The notes under the pieces are model-generated. The model had not been told where the DNA came from. It made no database searches and worked only from the letters and a program-made list of their open reading frames with translations. DNA of 64,000 nucleotides. It comes from an uncultured Planctomycetota bacterium. GTDB lineage: Bacteria > Planctomycetota > Planctomycetia > Gemmatales > Gemmataceae. The position numbers were made by a program, and so were the translations under genes. The stretch covers positions 416,001 to 480,000 of the forward strand of contig CAWKHF010000012.1 of the NCBI GenBank assembly GCA_963849325.1, given 5' to 3'. Within the stretch, counting starts at the first letter, position 1. Each line of letters begins with the position of its first letter. Shown here piece after piece: positions 10,511 through 21,657 of the stretch.

Positions 10511-12406
10511 TCACTCCCCATCCCTTCGGCCGTGAGCGGTATTGTCTGCGTTTGGTCTACCGTCGAGTCGGTTGTCCGAGCCGCTTGCGGCTTGGCGTTC
10601 CCCTGCGCTAAGCCGCAAGCGGCTAAGACAACAGACCCCTTTACTCGCGCCGTATCGCCGGAGCGTCGGAGCGACCCATCTGGAGCGAACTGGAGTCGGA
10701 TACGTCCTTCGCCGAGAGCGTTCGGACAGCGCTGGAATCGACGGCCGGGCGCAATTGGGCGAGCCGCAGCCGGGCAGCGGCGGCGCCGGGGCTGGCTTGG
10801 GCACCAGATCCTCTGGGATCGCGTGCGCCAGGACGTTTGCCGGCGGTTGACCCAGGGCCACGAACAGGGCGAACTGGGCCTTGTCGTAATCAACGATGGA
10901 CTCCAGAAGGGCCATCCGCGCCTCGGCGAGCAGACGAAAGCTGTCCAGCAACTCGATGGGCAAGCCCTGGCCGCCCTTGATGCGGCCCAGGTCTTCCTTG
11001 TAACTGTCGCCGCCCGCTTGAACGCCGCGCTCAGCGATGCCGATCTGGGCGTAGCGGGCGTGCGTGCCGGCGTAGGCCGTGGCCACGTCGTTGCGCACCC
11101 GGTTCAGCTCGCGGACCAACTCCAGCTCCGCGATGCGCTGGCCGACCCGACGGCCGCGGATTTTCGCCCAGTTGCCGGCGCCCGCGTTCTGAGCGGTCCA
11201 GAACATGACAACGTCGATGTCATCGCGCGCGGCGAAGCTGCCGAAGCGCGCCTCGGCGAAGCCCTGGAAGCCGCCCGGTTGGCCGATCAAATTGCTGCCG
11301 CCGCCGAAAGAGCCGGCGCTGTAGCCGGCGAGGACCGTCGGCGAGAACGGCAAGACCTGCTGGTTACGCAGTAAATACAGGGCTTCACGGATGGCGGCCC
11401 GACGAGCCGCCAACTCCGGCCGCTGGTTCATGGCGATGGCCAGCAGGTCGTGCATCGGCACCGGGTCGGGAACGACCGGCGTCGGCACCACCCAGCCGTC
11501 CATGATGTGCAGTTGCAGCGACGGCGGCACGTTGATCAGCTGCGCCAGCTTGGCCGAACTGGCCAGCATCTCGCCCTCGGCCTGCACCACGTCGTCGTTG
11601 CGCTTGGCCAACTCCGCGGCGGCGCGGTCGGCGTCGGACTGCTTGCCCTGTCCCGTCCAGGCGTACACGGCGGTCAAGCGGGCGATCTCGTGGGCCGCCT
11701 CCTGGTTCTTCCGGGCGACCAGGTGTCGCCCCTCGGTGCGCAGCAGGTCCATGTACGCCAGGGCCACGCGGAGAAACATCTGGTTGCGCACGGCCAAGCT
11801 CTCGAACTGCTGCACGCGCACATTCTGGCGGATGGCCAGGGCGTTGAACAGACCCTCGGAGACATTGAGGACGTACTGGATCATGGGGACGCCTACCGTG
11901 CCGGCCGCCACCGCCCCGGCACCGCCGCCAAAGTACAGAGCGTTGCGGTTCACCGTGAGGATGTTGCCGCTGGACTGTTGCAGCGGGCCGGTGTGAGCGT
12001 CGTAGTTGGCACCGGCGTTGAGGTTGGGCAGGATCATGGCGTAGGCCGACAGCATCCGCGCCTGGGCCTCGGCCACGCGCTGGCGCGCGATGAGGATGTC
12101 CGGGTTCTCGACGCCGGCCAACCGCAGCACGCAACCCAGATCGATGGCATTGGCGTCCTTGGGCAAGATCGACGGCGGCGCCTGCGGCAACAGCGCCTCA
12201 ATCTCTCCCTCCTTGGGCGGCGGCTTCGACTTGCCGTTCTCCAGACGCTTGGGCGCCGGCAGCTTGTCGTCGCTTCGGGTGACTTGGTTGGCCGCCGCCA
12301 GGTCCGGGCCTTCCTCCGCGGTCGCCAAGCCGGCCGCCAGGCTCCCATACAGCCAGGCCACCAGGAGTCCGCCTCGCCAGAAGCGGGCGTGGTAAGATCG
12401 GTTCAT
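10511..12406 (-). CDS. TolC-family outer membrane efflux protein, paralog 2 (true 3' end probably near 10700)
   Basis: Signal peptide; 'LRLAGVENPDI', 'VALAYMDL', 'QRPEL', 'PIELLDS...QFALFVALG'; the ORF tail reads through repeats, suggesting an indel. Confidence 0.85.
   Translation of the reverse strand: MNRSYHARFWRGGLLVAWLYGSLAAGLATAEEGPDLAAANQVTRSDDKLPAPKRLENGKSKPPPKEGEIEALLPQAPPSILPKDANAIDLGCVLRLAGVENPDILIARQRVAEAQARMLSAYAMILPNLNAGANYDAHTGPLQQSSGNILTVNRNALYFGGGAGAVAAGTVGVPMIQYVLNVSEGLFNALAIRQNVRVQQFESLAVRNQMFLRVALAYMDLLRTEGRHLVARKNQEAAHEIARLTAVYAWTGQGKQSDADRAAAELAKRNDDVVQAEGEMLASSAKLAQLINVPPSLQLHIMDGWVVPTPVVPDPVPMHDLLAIAMNQRPELAARRAAIREALYLLRNQQVLPFSPTVLAGYSAGSFGGGSNLIGQPGGFQGFAEARFGSFAARDDIDVVMFWTAQNAGAGNWAKIRGRRVGQRIAELELVRELNRVRNDVATAYAGTHARYAQIGIAERGVQAGGDSYKEDLGRIKGGQGLPIELLDSFRLLAEARMALLESIVDYDKAQFALFVALGQPPANVLAHAIPEDLVPKPAPAPPLPGCGSPNCARPSIPALSERSRRRTYPTPVRSRWVAPTLRRYGASKGVCCLSRLRLSAGERQAASGSDNRLDGRPNADNTAHGRRDGE
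10577..10695. repeat. REP-like hairpin (gagccgcttgcggcttggcg/cgctaagccgcaagcggct) plus an adjacent single-arm repeat
   Basis: Inverted arms at 10577-10625 resemble the outer arms at 3223/3410. Confidence 0.65.
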
Positions 12407-12419
12407 ATCTCCTCCATCC

Positions 12420-12476
12420 GTCCGAGCCTGAAGCGTAAGCGAAGAAATGCTCTTCGCTTACGCTTCAGGCTCGGAC
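12420..12476. repeat. REP-like palindrome family B, copy 1
   Basis: tccgagcctgaagcgtaagcgaag...cttcgcttacgcttcaggctcgga; identical arms at 25281 and 28425. Confidence 0.9.
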
Positions 12477-12784
12477 AGGATCTCGCCGGTTTGGGAAGTT
12501 CTTCCAGGACAGGAGCAATCCCCCATCTCCTCACCCCAACCGATTTTCACGGTACAATCGATACAGTCCATAGACCACATTGCCCTTATCGGTTCGGCAG
12601 AGTCCTCAAAATCAGCAAAATCGGCCCAGAATAATTGCGGGCGGGCCAGAATGACTCAAGACAGCGCTATCCCGCTGGGGCGGCGGGGCGCGTATAGTTC
12701 CAATGGGGAGACCTGGCACCTTCCCACCCTTCCGGTGTTCACTGGGGCACACTGGCCGGGCCCTTCGCTTCAAGGAGTCATCTC

Positions 12785-13739
12785 ATGCAGCCTTTCCGCA
12801 ACATCCTGGTCGGCGTCGATCTGGCGCAGTACGATGCGTCCACCCTGCAACCCTCCGCCGTCGCCGGTGAAGTCGCTCACCGGGCCTTATGGCTGGCCGA
12901 GAAAATGTCCGCCCGCCTGACGTTCTTCTCCACCCTCGACCTGGCTCCCGAAACGCTGCCGCACCTGGACGAGACCGACTACCGCTTCCTGGCTACCACC
13001 GCCGAGCAGAACGCCGGCAAGATCCTTCACGGCCTGGTTCATCAGCGCAAGCCCGCAACCTCGAGGCGGCGGACAAGTTGGTGCTGGGCAGCGGCTGGCT
13101 GGAGTTGGTGCGTCAGGTGCTGCGCGACCAGCACGACCTGCTCCTGATCGGCACGCGCGACCGCACCGGACTGGGCCGCATGCTGTTCGGCAGCACCGCC
13201 ATCAAGGTAGTCCGTCGCTGTCCCTGTCCGGTGTGGGTGGCCAAGCCTGGCGGCGACCCCGACCCCCTGAACATTCTCGTCGCCAGCGATCTCTCTCCGG
13301 TAGCCGAGAAGGCGCTGTGCCTGGCCGCCCAGATCGCCCAGCTCACCCCGGCGCGGGTCCACGTGCTCCACGTCGTGGACTTCCCGCTCGACCACATTTG
13401 GAGCACCGGTTTGCCCAGCGCCAAGGAAGAGACCTACCGGCGCGAGGTGCGGCGCAAGGCCAAGGAAGGGCTGCAACGGCAGATTGAGAGCGCGGCGCCT
13501 GCGGCCTGTCGCCGGCCGTCCAGGTTCGTCTCATGGATGACTCGGGAGGTCTGCCGGACGAGGGGGTCCTCGGCTACATCGACAAACACGGGATCGACTT
13601 GTTGATTATGGGGACCATCGGCCGCAGTGGGATTCTTGGCGTGATGATCGGCAACACGGCGGAGCGCCTGCTGCCGGAGCTGTCGTGTTCGCTGCTAGCG
13701 ATCAAGCCCGCAGAGTTCGTCTGCCCCGTGAAGCTGTGA
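12785..13739 (+). CDS. Tandem-domain universal stress protein (UspE-like), frameshifted
   Basis: FRNILVGVD...DLLLIGTR...[25 protein letters not shown]...[12 protein letters not shown]...IGNTAERLL...CSLLAIKP. Confidence 0.85.
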
Positions 13740-13743
13740 AACC

Positions 13744-13807
13744 TGGCGAGCGGGGGGCGTCAGCCCCCTGTTGGAAGCAACAGGGGGCTGACGCCCCCCG
13801 CTCGCCA
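13744..13807. repeat. REP-like palindrome family E
   Basis: tggcgagcggggggcgtcagccccctgttg...caacagggggctgacgccccccgctcgcca between convergent genes. Confidence 0.85.
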
Positions 13808-13829
13808 AGTTTTGAACGCGCTGCGCGGA

Positions 13830-16800
13830 TCAGTGCGGTCGCTCGGTGGTGATGGCCTGCCCCGGCGAGGCGTCGTCGGGAGGCGACGCCACACCGCCGT
13901 TGACCGGCACGATGGCCGGGCCGGAGTCGCGGATGACCAGCGAGTACAGGCACGGCACCACGAACAGCGTCGTCACCAGGCCGGCGAGCAAGCCGCCGAT
14001 CACCGCCCGGCCCAGCGGCGTGTTGGCCTCGCTGCCGCGCTCCAGTCCCAGCGCCATCGGCAAGAGAGCGAAGAACGCGGCCAGGGCCGTCATCACCACC
14101 GGCCGCACCCGGATCGACGCCGCCTTGGCCACCGCCGCCGTCGGACTCAATCCTTCCTGCGTTCGGATGTGCTGCGTGAAGTCGGTCAACAGCACCGTGT
14201 TGGACACGACAATGCCGACCATGAAGATCATGCCCAGGAGCGATTGCACGTTCAGAGCCGTGCTCGTCAGGAACAGGATGAGGATTACGCCGACCAGGCC
14301 GACCGGCACCGCCGACATGACCACCAACGGCGTCATCCACGACTTGAACAGGGCCACCATCAGGAAGTAGATCAGCACCGACGCCAGGGCCAGGCCGACC
14401 GTCAAGCTGGTGAACGTCTCCTGCATCTTGGCGTATTCGCCGCTGAGCGTGATCTTGCTGCCGCCCAGCAGTTTCCGCTCCTGGGACGCCGGATCATACG
14501 GCAGCCCAGTCGCCGCGCTGCAACCGTTTGCCGAAGCGACCGACGAGGGCGGCGACATCGTCGGAGACGTGGCCGAGGTCGCGGCCGTAAACGCTCATGG
14601 TCAGGTCGATGGTCGCCTGCAAGTTGGTGTGCGTGACCTCGGCGGGCACCGTGTCGCGCGTCACCTGCGCCAGGTTCTTCAGCGGGATGGGGTTGGGCTG
14701 CCTGGGACTGGTGATGGGGATGTTGCATCAGCGTGTCCAGCGACACGATGTCCTTCTCGGGATACTGCACGCCCACGTAATACTGGTTGTGCGTCTGCGG
14801 ATCGATCCAGAAGTTTTTCTTGTTGAACTGGATACTGTTGTTGACCGAGGCGACGACGTTCTTCATGACATCGACCTGGGTGAGACCGAGGTCGGCGGAC
14901 TTGGTGCGATCGATGTTGACGACGTACTGCGGATAATCGAGGCGCTGCAGGATGCGGCGAATCGACGACGCCGTTAACCGAACGAACGTCGCGCTGGATG
15001 GCGGCGGCGATCTGATGGGCGACGGTCAGGTCCTTGGCGGTGATGCGGACGTTCAGCGGCGTGGACTTGCCCTCGTTCATGGCGCTGCGGATCAGACCGC
15101 CGGCGTCGAAAGCGAACTCCAGGCGCTGAAACGCCGCGTCCTCGGCGAAGGACCGGCGCAGGCGATGGACGTATTCCTGGGCGGACTCGTGGCGTTCCGC
15201 CTTGAGCTGGACGCGGACCACGGTGTCCATCGGCCCAGCGTTGGGCGTGTAGGCGGCGGACCAGTCGGCGACGACGCCGATTTCGCTGATGAGCGTCTCC
15301 AGGTCGTCGCCGAGCGTTTCGCGGACGCGCCGTTCCACCTTGACGATTTCTTTTTCCGTCAGGTCGATGCGCGTTCCGGTGGGAACGCGGACGTACATTT
15401 CAAAGGCGCCGGCATCGACTTCGGGGAAGAACTCGCGGCGCAGTTGGTAGCCCAGTCCGATGACCACGGCGACGAAGAGGACGAAGGCGGAGCCGACGAC
15501 GACGACGCGGTTGCGCATGGTCCGTTGCAGAAGGATGACGTAGATGCGGATGCCGGCCTCGATCATCGCCTCCCAGCGGGCGAAGCCGCGCGAGATGAGT
15601 CCGCGATGCAGCGGCGCAACGCCCTCGGGATGAAGGACATGGGCCTGCAACCACAGGGCGCAGCGCGTCGGCACGAACGAGCGCGACAGGATGTAGGCGA
15701 TAATCATGGCGAAGGCGACGGCTAGGGCCATCGGCCGAAACAGGAAGGCGCCCAGGCCCGGCATCAGCGCCAGCGGCGCCAGCACCAGCAGGGTGCAGCA
15801 GCTGGCCACCAGTTCCGGCATGGCCACCTCACTGGCGCCCAGGTAGGCCGCGTCGCGCGGGTTCGTTCCCATGCTCAGATGGCGATGCGTGTTTTCCAGA
15901 CAAATGATGGCACTGTCCACCAGGGGGCCGATGGCCAGTGACAGGCCGGCCAGCGTCATGACGTTGATGGTCTGTCCCGTGAAGTACAGGGCGATGACCG
16001 CGGCCAGGACCGAGACGGGGATGGTCAGCACGGCGATCAGCGTCATCCGCCACTCCCCCAAAAACAGCAGGATCACCAGCGAGCACAAGATGGCCCCCAG
16101 CACGCCTTCGGTGGCCAGGCTCGTGATCGAGTGCTTGACGTAGACCGACTGGTCCATGACCGGCTTGAGGTCGATGTCATTGCGACTCAAGCGCTCCTTC
16201 ATGTCCGGCAAACTGTCGCGGAGGGCGTTGACCACGTTGAGCGTGCTGGAGCCGACTTGCCGAAACACGGGGATGTACACCTGCCTGCGGCCGTTGACGC
16301 GGACGACGTTGGTCTGGATCATGGCGGCGTCTTGCGGGTCGGCCACATCGCCCAGGAAGATCGGTTTGCCGTTCTCGATCTTGATGGGGATGTCGCGCAT
16401 CTGCGCCACCCGTTCGTACATCGAGTTGGAGTTGATGGCGTAGTCGGTACGGCCGAACTTGGCGTCGCCGGTGGGCAGGAAAATGTTGAACAGGTCGAGG
16501 GCGTCCATCACCTGCACCGGCGACAGATTGCGAGCTTGCAGCTTGGTGCGATCGAGGTAGGCGATGATGGCGCGGACCTTGCCGCCGTAGACCACGGGAG
16601 CGACGGCGCCGGGGTTGGACATGATCATGTTGCGGACTTCGTAGCGACCGACGTCGTAGAGGCTCGACTCGTCCGCCGTGGCGCTGTCCAGGGCGATAAT
16701 CAAGACGGGCGTCGTGCCGGTGGGATCGAATTTGAGGATGACCGGAGGCAGCGTCCCCGGCGGCAGATTGGGGATGGCGGCGGAGGCCAGCGAGTTCACC

Positions 16801-17129
16801 TCGGTCAACGCCCCGTTGGGGTCGATCTCATCGCGATAGTAGTTGCGGATAATGCTGCATCCCAGCAGAGAGCGCGACTCTTGCAGCTTCATGCCGCTGG
16901 ACTGTCCGGTCCAGCGCTCCATGCGGTTGGTGATGTCCTTCTCGATGCTGTCGGCGGGCATGCCGTTGTAGAAGGTGAGCACCTGCACGGCGGGGCTTTT
17001 GAAGACGGGCAGAATGTCCACGGGGACCATTCCGGCCACGAGAATGAGCATGCCGATCAGGGCGATGCTGAGGACCGAAACGGTGACGGCATAGGGGTTG
17101 TTGAGTGAAGCGCGAATCAGCCCGTTCAT
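13830..17129 (-). CDS. RND efflux permease (AcrB/CusA superfamily), frameshifted
   Basis: PVDILP, LLFLGEWR..LIAVLTIPVS, INVMTLAGL..GPLVDSAII..EN, RVRPVVMT, PLGRAVIGGL. Confidence 0.9.
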
Positions 17130-17155
17130 GATGTTGGCCCCGTGCGATCCCTAAG

Positions 17156-17217
17156 TCCTCGTTTCGCCGCGACGCGCAGCGGAGCGCGCTCCGCTGCGCG
17201 TCGCGGCGAAACGAGGA
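17156..17217. repeat. REP-like palindrome family A, copy 2
   Basis: tcctcgtttcgccgcgacgcgcagcggagcgcgctccgctgcgcgtcgcggcgaaacgagga. Confidence 0.9.
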
Positions 17218-17227
17218 ACGTATTCGG

Positions 17228-18640
17228 TTAGTGACCCGATGAAGGCTTGTTTGCGGCGCCGCTGGCGGCGACGGGGATGTCGTCGCTGAGGTCGCCGCTG
17301 GGGTTGACGACCACGTCGTCCTCCGGCCGCAAACCCTCCAGCACCTCGACCTCGATGCCGTTGTCCAGGCCGGTCTTGATGGAAACCCGGTGCGCCTTGT
17401 CGTCGCGGACGACGTAGACCGAGGCTTTGCCGCCCTCGGCCTTACCCGCCAGACAGGCGGACGGGATGGAGATGGCGTTCTCGATCCGCTTCAGGGTGAT
17501 GGTGACGAGTCCATACATGCCTTGGCGGATCAACCCCTTGGCGGGATCGCTGGTGGTGTTGGGGATGTCGATCTCGCAGCGCATGGTCTTGGTCTGCAAA
17601 TCTTCCGAGGCGGCGATACGCGAGACGGGATAGGTGAACTTCTCGTTGGGCAGGGCGTCGAAGACGATGGCGGCCGAGGCGCCGGGAGCGCAGTAGGGCA
17701 CGTCGCGGTCGGGGATCGGCACCACCATGCGCATGGTCTCGGTGTGCTGCAAGGTCAGCAAGGGAGTAGAAGAGCTGCCGCCGGTGGCCGCCCGGATGAA
17801 GGCGCCGGGGTTGAAGCCGTCGTTGCGGAAGGTGATGACGCCGTCGAAGTCGGCGCGGATGGTGCCGAAGTTGGCCATCACGTGCGCCCGATCCAGCTCG
17901 GCCTTGGTGACGTTGACGCGCTCGTTGGCCTCGATGAGGTCCGCCTCGGCCTGGTCGATCTTGGCCGCCGCCGACTCCTTCTGGGCCTTGGCCGCCTCCA
18001 CCGCCTCCCCGGCGGCGTTGACCGCCTCGAAGGCCGCCTCGCGCCGGTCCTCCTGCTCATCGACCAGCCGCGCGTCGATGCTCCGTTCCTTGAGCAGTTC
18101 GCGGAACCGTTCAGCCTGTCGTTCCCGGAAGACCAGATAGGCGCGGTCGCTCTTGAGCCGAGCCTCGGCGGCCTTGATCTTGGCCTCGACGCCCTTCAAC
18201 TCCGCCTTGGCGTTGCGGATCGCCGCGTCCTTCTGCTTGACCTGGGCCTTGGCCAAACTCAGCGCCGCTATCTGTTCCTCGACGCGCGCTTTCAGATCGG
18301 GCACGGAAATCTCGGCCAGCACGTCGCCCTTTTTCACGAGCGAGCCAATGTCAACCTTGCGCGTCTTCAAATAACCGGAGACTTCCGCGAAAATGTCGGC
18401 CCATTCAAACGCCATGACCGTGCCGGCCTGGGCCGTCTGGCGTTCGAGTCGTCCCGTCTTCGGTTTGACGACTTCGACATGCACATCCGTTGAGAAATCC
18501 GTGGTCTTGGATCCCTCCGCCCCTCGCGCCGTCGCATGGCTCGGGCTTTTCGCCAGGTAAACGCCCGCGCCGGCGACCACCAGGACCACCAGGATGAGCG
18601 GGATGAGCCATAACTTGCCGCTGGCGTGCGTCTCTTGCAT
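17228..18640 (-). CDS. RND periplasmic adaptor (membrane fusion protein)
   Basis: N-terminal TM, 'AEVSGYL..VDIGSLVKKGDVLAEI', long coiled coil, 'IRADFDGVIT', 'IPSACL', 'VEVLEGL'. Confidence 0.9.
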   Translation of the reverse strand: MQETHASGKLWLIPLILVVLVVAGAGVYLAKSPSHATARGAEGSKTTDFSTDVHVEVVKPKTGRLERQTAQAGTVMAFEWADIFAEVSGYLKTRKVDIGSLVKKGDVLAEISVPDLKARVEEQIAALSLAKAQVKQKDAAIRNAKAELKGVEAKIKAAEARLKSDRAYLVFRERQAERFRELLKERSIDARLVDEQEDRREAAFEAVNAAGEAVEAAKAQKESAAAKIDQAEADLIEANERVNVTKAELDRAHVMANFGTIRADFDGVITFRNDGFNPGAFIRAATGGSSSTPLLTLQHTETMRMVVPIPDRDVPYCAPGASAAIVFDALPNEKFTYPVSRIAASEDLQTKTMRCEIDIPNTTSDPAKGLIRQGMYGLVTITLKRIENAISIPSACLAGKAEGGKASVYVVRDDKAHRVSIKTGLDNGIEVEVLEGLRPEDDVVVNPSGDLSDDIPVAASGAANKPSSGH

Positions 18641-18844
18641 GTTCGTGCTCCTGCCGAGTAGGCCATTCTACCCTTGTGCCGCGCATGGATCGACGAAGAG
18701 GAGGCGACGAAAAAGATACGCAGACCACGTCCCCAGGACATGGTCCCTTGCAGGGTCGATTATGTTCCTTACTGTTTCTTAATCTTATCTTGCACTCTTC
18801 GGCAAGTCACGGCGATTCCCCAACCTTACGAAGAATTAACTTTC

Positions 18845-18898
18845 CGAGCCGGAAGCGGCCGCGAAGAAATAGTGTTCTTCGCGGCCGCTTCCGGCTCG
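18845..18898. repeat. REP-like palindrome (family B variant)
   Basis: cgagccggaagcggccgcgaagaa...ttcttcgcggccgcttccggctcg. Confidence 0.8.
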
Positions 18899-18920
18899 TA
18901 CCAATGGTCCTGTCGGACGG

Positions 18921-19421
18921 TCAGGGATTTTTCTCTTCGGCCTCGGGGAGAGAAGGGAGAGGGCGGGGAGGAGGAAGCTCGTCTTTGCCCTCCATCGATG
19001 GGGGGACCGAAGGACGAGCGGAAGAAGCGGGTTTCTTCGCCGAGTCAGGGACCGCCGCCGCCGCTCTCTGGTTCCCGGACGGCACGGCATGGAAGGTGAT
19101 GTGGTACACCTGCTCCGCCTCGGAACCGCCGGTGTACCCGAAGTAACTGTCATAGGCGATGCGCTTCCCCAGTTCGCCGCCCACAGCGGCTTCGTGGTCG
19201 ATCTGGAAGCCGCCGGGACATTTCTGGTGCATCAGATACTCGGCCCGGCTGCGGTAATACGTCGGCCATTGATTGGTGTTGGTCGGCATGACGACCACGC
19301 CGCCGTCGGGCGTCTCGCGGACGAAACGGACGGCCGAAGCACAGCCGCACGCGGCCGACAGAAGGAGTAGGCCGAGCAGGACAAGCCGAGACTTCCGCGC
19401 CGAGACGTGCGAGTCGGGCAT
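18921..19421 (-). CDS. Putative lipoprotein of unknown function
   Basis: Hydrophobic signal ending SAACGC; 'GGVVVMPTNTNQWP.YYR..A..LM..KCPGGF'; Pro-rich tail. Confidence 0.6.
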   Translation of the reverse strand: MPDSHVSARKSRLVLLGLLLLSAACGCASAVRFVRETPDGGVVVMPTNTNQWPTYYRSRAEYLMHQKCPGGFQIDHEAAVGGELGKRIAYDSYFGYTGGSEAEQVYHITFHAVPSGNQRAAAAVPDSAKKPASSARPSVPPSMEGKDELPPPRPLPSLPEAEEKNP

Positions 19422-19452
19422 GGGACCTCCTTCCAGGTACGCGCGAGGGACG

Positions 19453-19563
19453 GCTATAACGCCGCGGCGCGGAGACTGTCAAGGGGGAGACCTCGAGCGC
19501 TCCCGTCGGATCGACGTGCCTCGTCCAGTCCGGCTTGCAAAGAATTACGGTCGCGGCTATAGG
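19453..19563. promoter_or_regulatory. Divergent sigma70-like promoters (lipoprotein on minus, porin on plus)
   Basis: Minus: TTGACA(19482-19477)-N18-TATAGC; plus: TTGCAA(19535)-N17-TATAGG. Confidence 0.4.
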
Positions 19564-19648
19564 CTCCGCCTTCACCGTCAATTCTGGGGAGAGGGGCGGT
19601 CCCAGGGGACCGTCCACCGTTCGGGGCTTCTGTCAGCGGGAGCACGGC

Positions 19649-21601
19649 ATGAGTCAGAAGAGGTTTCGGTTGGCCGGACTGGCGATGACGCTGGTGCTTT
19701 TCGCCTGCTGGATGGCGCCCGTCGGGACGGTGCTTCACGCTCAAGTTCCGCTGGAGTCCGCGGACACGAACGATCCGCCGGCGGAGGCGGAGACCGTGTC
19801 GGCGGACCTTTTGCCCTCGGCCCCGTCAGCGCCGATGGACGAGGCGTCGATCCGCATGAACCGCATTGAGGCGCAGCTGCGCGACCTGGAATCGTACAAT
19901 CAACAATTGCGGAAGCAGTATCAGCGCTTGATGCGCAAGTACGAGAAAGTCAGCACGACGAGCGAATCGGCGGTGTTCGGCGCCGATGCCAAGAACCCGG
20001 ACGGCAAGGGGGTTCCCGGCGGCGTGGAGGTGGGGCCGGACGCAGCCGGCAAGGAGGAGGGGCCGGACGCGGAAGGCGCGAGCATCGCCGCGGGCACGGG
20101 CGGCTCCCAACGTGCTGGGGCGGGATCGAGGCCGGGAGCCACCGCGCAAGCGCGCATGACTCGCGTTGGCCTGTTTTGGTTCCGAGACAACTCGGCGGAA
20201 ATCGCCGGCCGGGGTCCGTACACGCCCGATATGCCGGCCCACGAACATGAAATCGGCGAGGGCACGTTCCTGGGCGGCCGGGAGAACGGCGTCACCTGGC
20301 ACTCCGCGGACGACTATTTCACGCTCACGTTCCACAACCTGAGCCAGTTGGATTTGCGCGAACCGTTCCAGCAAGGCGACCCGCTGCACGGCGGTTTTAT
20401 CATTCCTCGGCAACGTTGGTATTTTGAAGGCAAAGTCGGCGACTATGCCAATTACGTCACGTCGATCAACCGCGGCTATGCCTCCTTTGACGTTCTCGAT
20501 TCCTACGTGGACTTCATCGTGAATCCGGAATGGCTGTCTTTCCGCGTCGGCCGCATGAAGACGCCGTCGATGTACGAATACATCTCCATTGATGAGGCGA
20601 ACCTGATTGGCCCGGAGCGGTCCATCTACGTGCAAAACTTCGCCGGCAATCGTCAATTAGGCGCCATGGCCCACGGCCGGCTATTCGACCGCCGCTTTGA
20701 ATACTATGTCGGTGCCTTCAACGGCCAGCGGCGTTCCTTCGAGGACTACAACAGCAGTCGCGATTTTTACTCCTACCTGGACTATCGCCCCTTCGTCCAA
20801 TCGGGGATCGATTGGCTCACGGGCTTGCACATGGTCGGGTGTTACAATGGCGGCGAGGAGCGACAGCCCCTCAGTCCGATCGCCCTGCGCACGATGAACC
20901 AGCTGTCCAACAGCAATGCCGCCGCCTTTGTTTCGCCAACCATTTTGGAATTCAATAATGCTGTGTTCGAGAACGGCCCCCGCCAATTCTGGTCTTATGA
21001 AACGGTTTACTACTATAAGAGTTGGGGTTTTCTGAGCGGCCTCCAAGGCGGATATCAGGATTACTCGGTGCTCGCGTCAACATCGACCACGGCGCCAAAA
21101 GGTGCTTCAAGCAGCGCCTCGCCTGCCGCCACAGCGGTGACTTCCCCGTTCGCCTCCACACGTCAGAATGCCAACAACGAGTTCCTCAACGTCAACAGTC
21201 CGTTTCGGACGCATGTGCCGATCATGGGCTGGTCGTTCCAGACGTGGTACTTCCTTACGGGCGAACAAATTACCCGGCGGCGGTATCTGGTGGAACCACG
21301 GAACCCCTATGGCTATTACGATGGTTCCGTCCATCCGGGGGCCATTGAGTTGTTTGCCAAAGTAAGCGACATGCAACTGGGCAGTTCCATCTTCCGAGGC
21401 GGGATCGTCAACCAGGCCTTGTGGACGAACCGCGCCTTCGCCCCGGAAGTCGGTTTCAACTGGTATCTGAACCATTTCGTGAAGTTCACCTTCGATTACC
21501 AGCACGTGTTCCTGGGCAACCCGGTGGTCCTCGATCAGGCGACCAATAAATTCACCAAGGACTACGATTTGTTCCTGTTCCGCACCCAGTTATTCTTCTG
21601 A
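19649..21601 (+). CDS. OprO/OprP-family porin with N-terminal coiled coil
   Basis: Signal peptide; 'PRQRWYFEG', 'DVLDSYVD', 'FRVGRMKTP', 'YFLTGE', 'GFNWYLN', C-terminal 'RTQLFF'. Confidence 0.8.
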   Translation: MSQKRFRLAGLAMTLVLFACWMAPVGTVLHAQVPLESADTNDPPAEAETVSADLLPSAPSAPMDEASIRMNRIEAQLRDLESYNQQLRKQYQRLMRKYEKVSTTSESAVFGADAKNPDGKGVPGGVEVGPDAAGKEEGPDAEGASIAAGTGGSQRAGAGSRPGATAQARMTRVGLFWFRDNSAEIAGRGPYTPDMPAHEHEIGEGTFLGGRENGVTWHSADDYFTLTFHNLSQLDLREPFQQGDPLHGGFIIPRQRWYFEGKVGDYANYVTSINRGYASFDVLDSYVDFIVNPEWLSFRVGRMKTPSMYEYISIDEANLIGPERSIYVQNFAGNRQLGAMAHGRLFDRRFEYYVGAFNGQRRSFEDYNSSRDFYSYLDYRPFVQSGIDWLTGLHMVGCYNGGEERQPLSPIALRTMNQLSNSNAAAFVSPTILEFNNAVFENGPRQFWSYETVYYYKSWGFLSGLQGGYQDYSVLASTSTTAPKGASSSASPAATAVTSPFASTRQNANNEFLNVNSPFRTHVPIMGWSFQTWYFLTGEQITRRRYLVEPRNPYGYYDGSVHPGAIELFAKVSDMQLGSSIFRGGIVNQALWTNRAFAPEVGFNWYLNHFVKFTFDYQHVFLGNPVVLDQATNKFTKDYDLFLFRTQLFF

Positions 21602-21657
21602 GAGGGAGGCTCCCAACAGGTTTCGCTTCGTGGCTCGTCTTGCTCGAACCACCGCGC

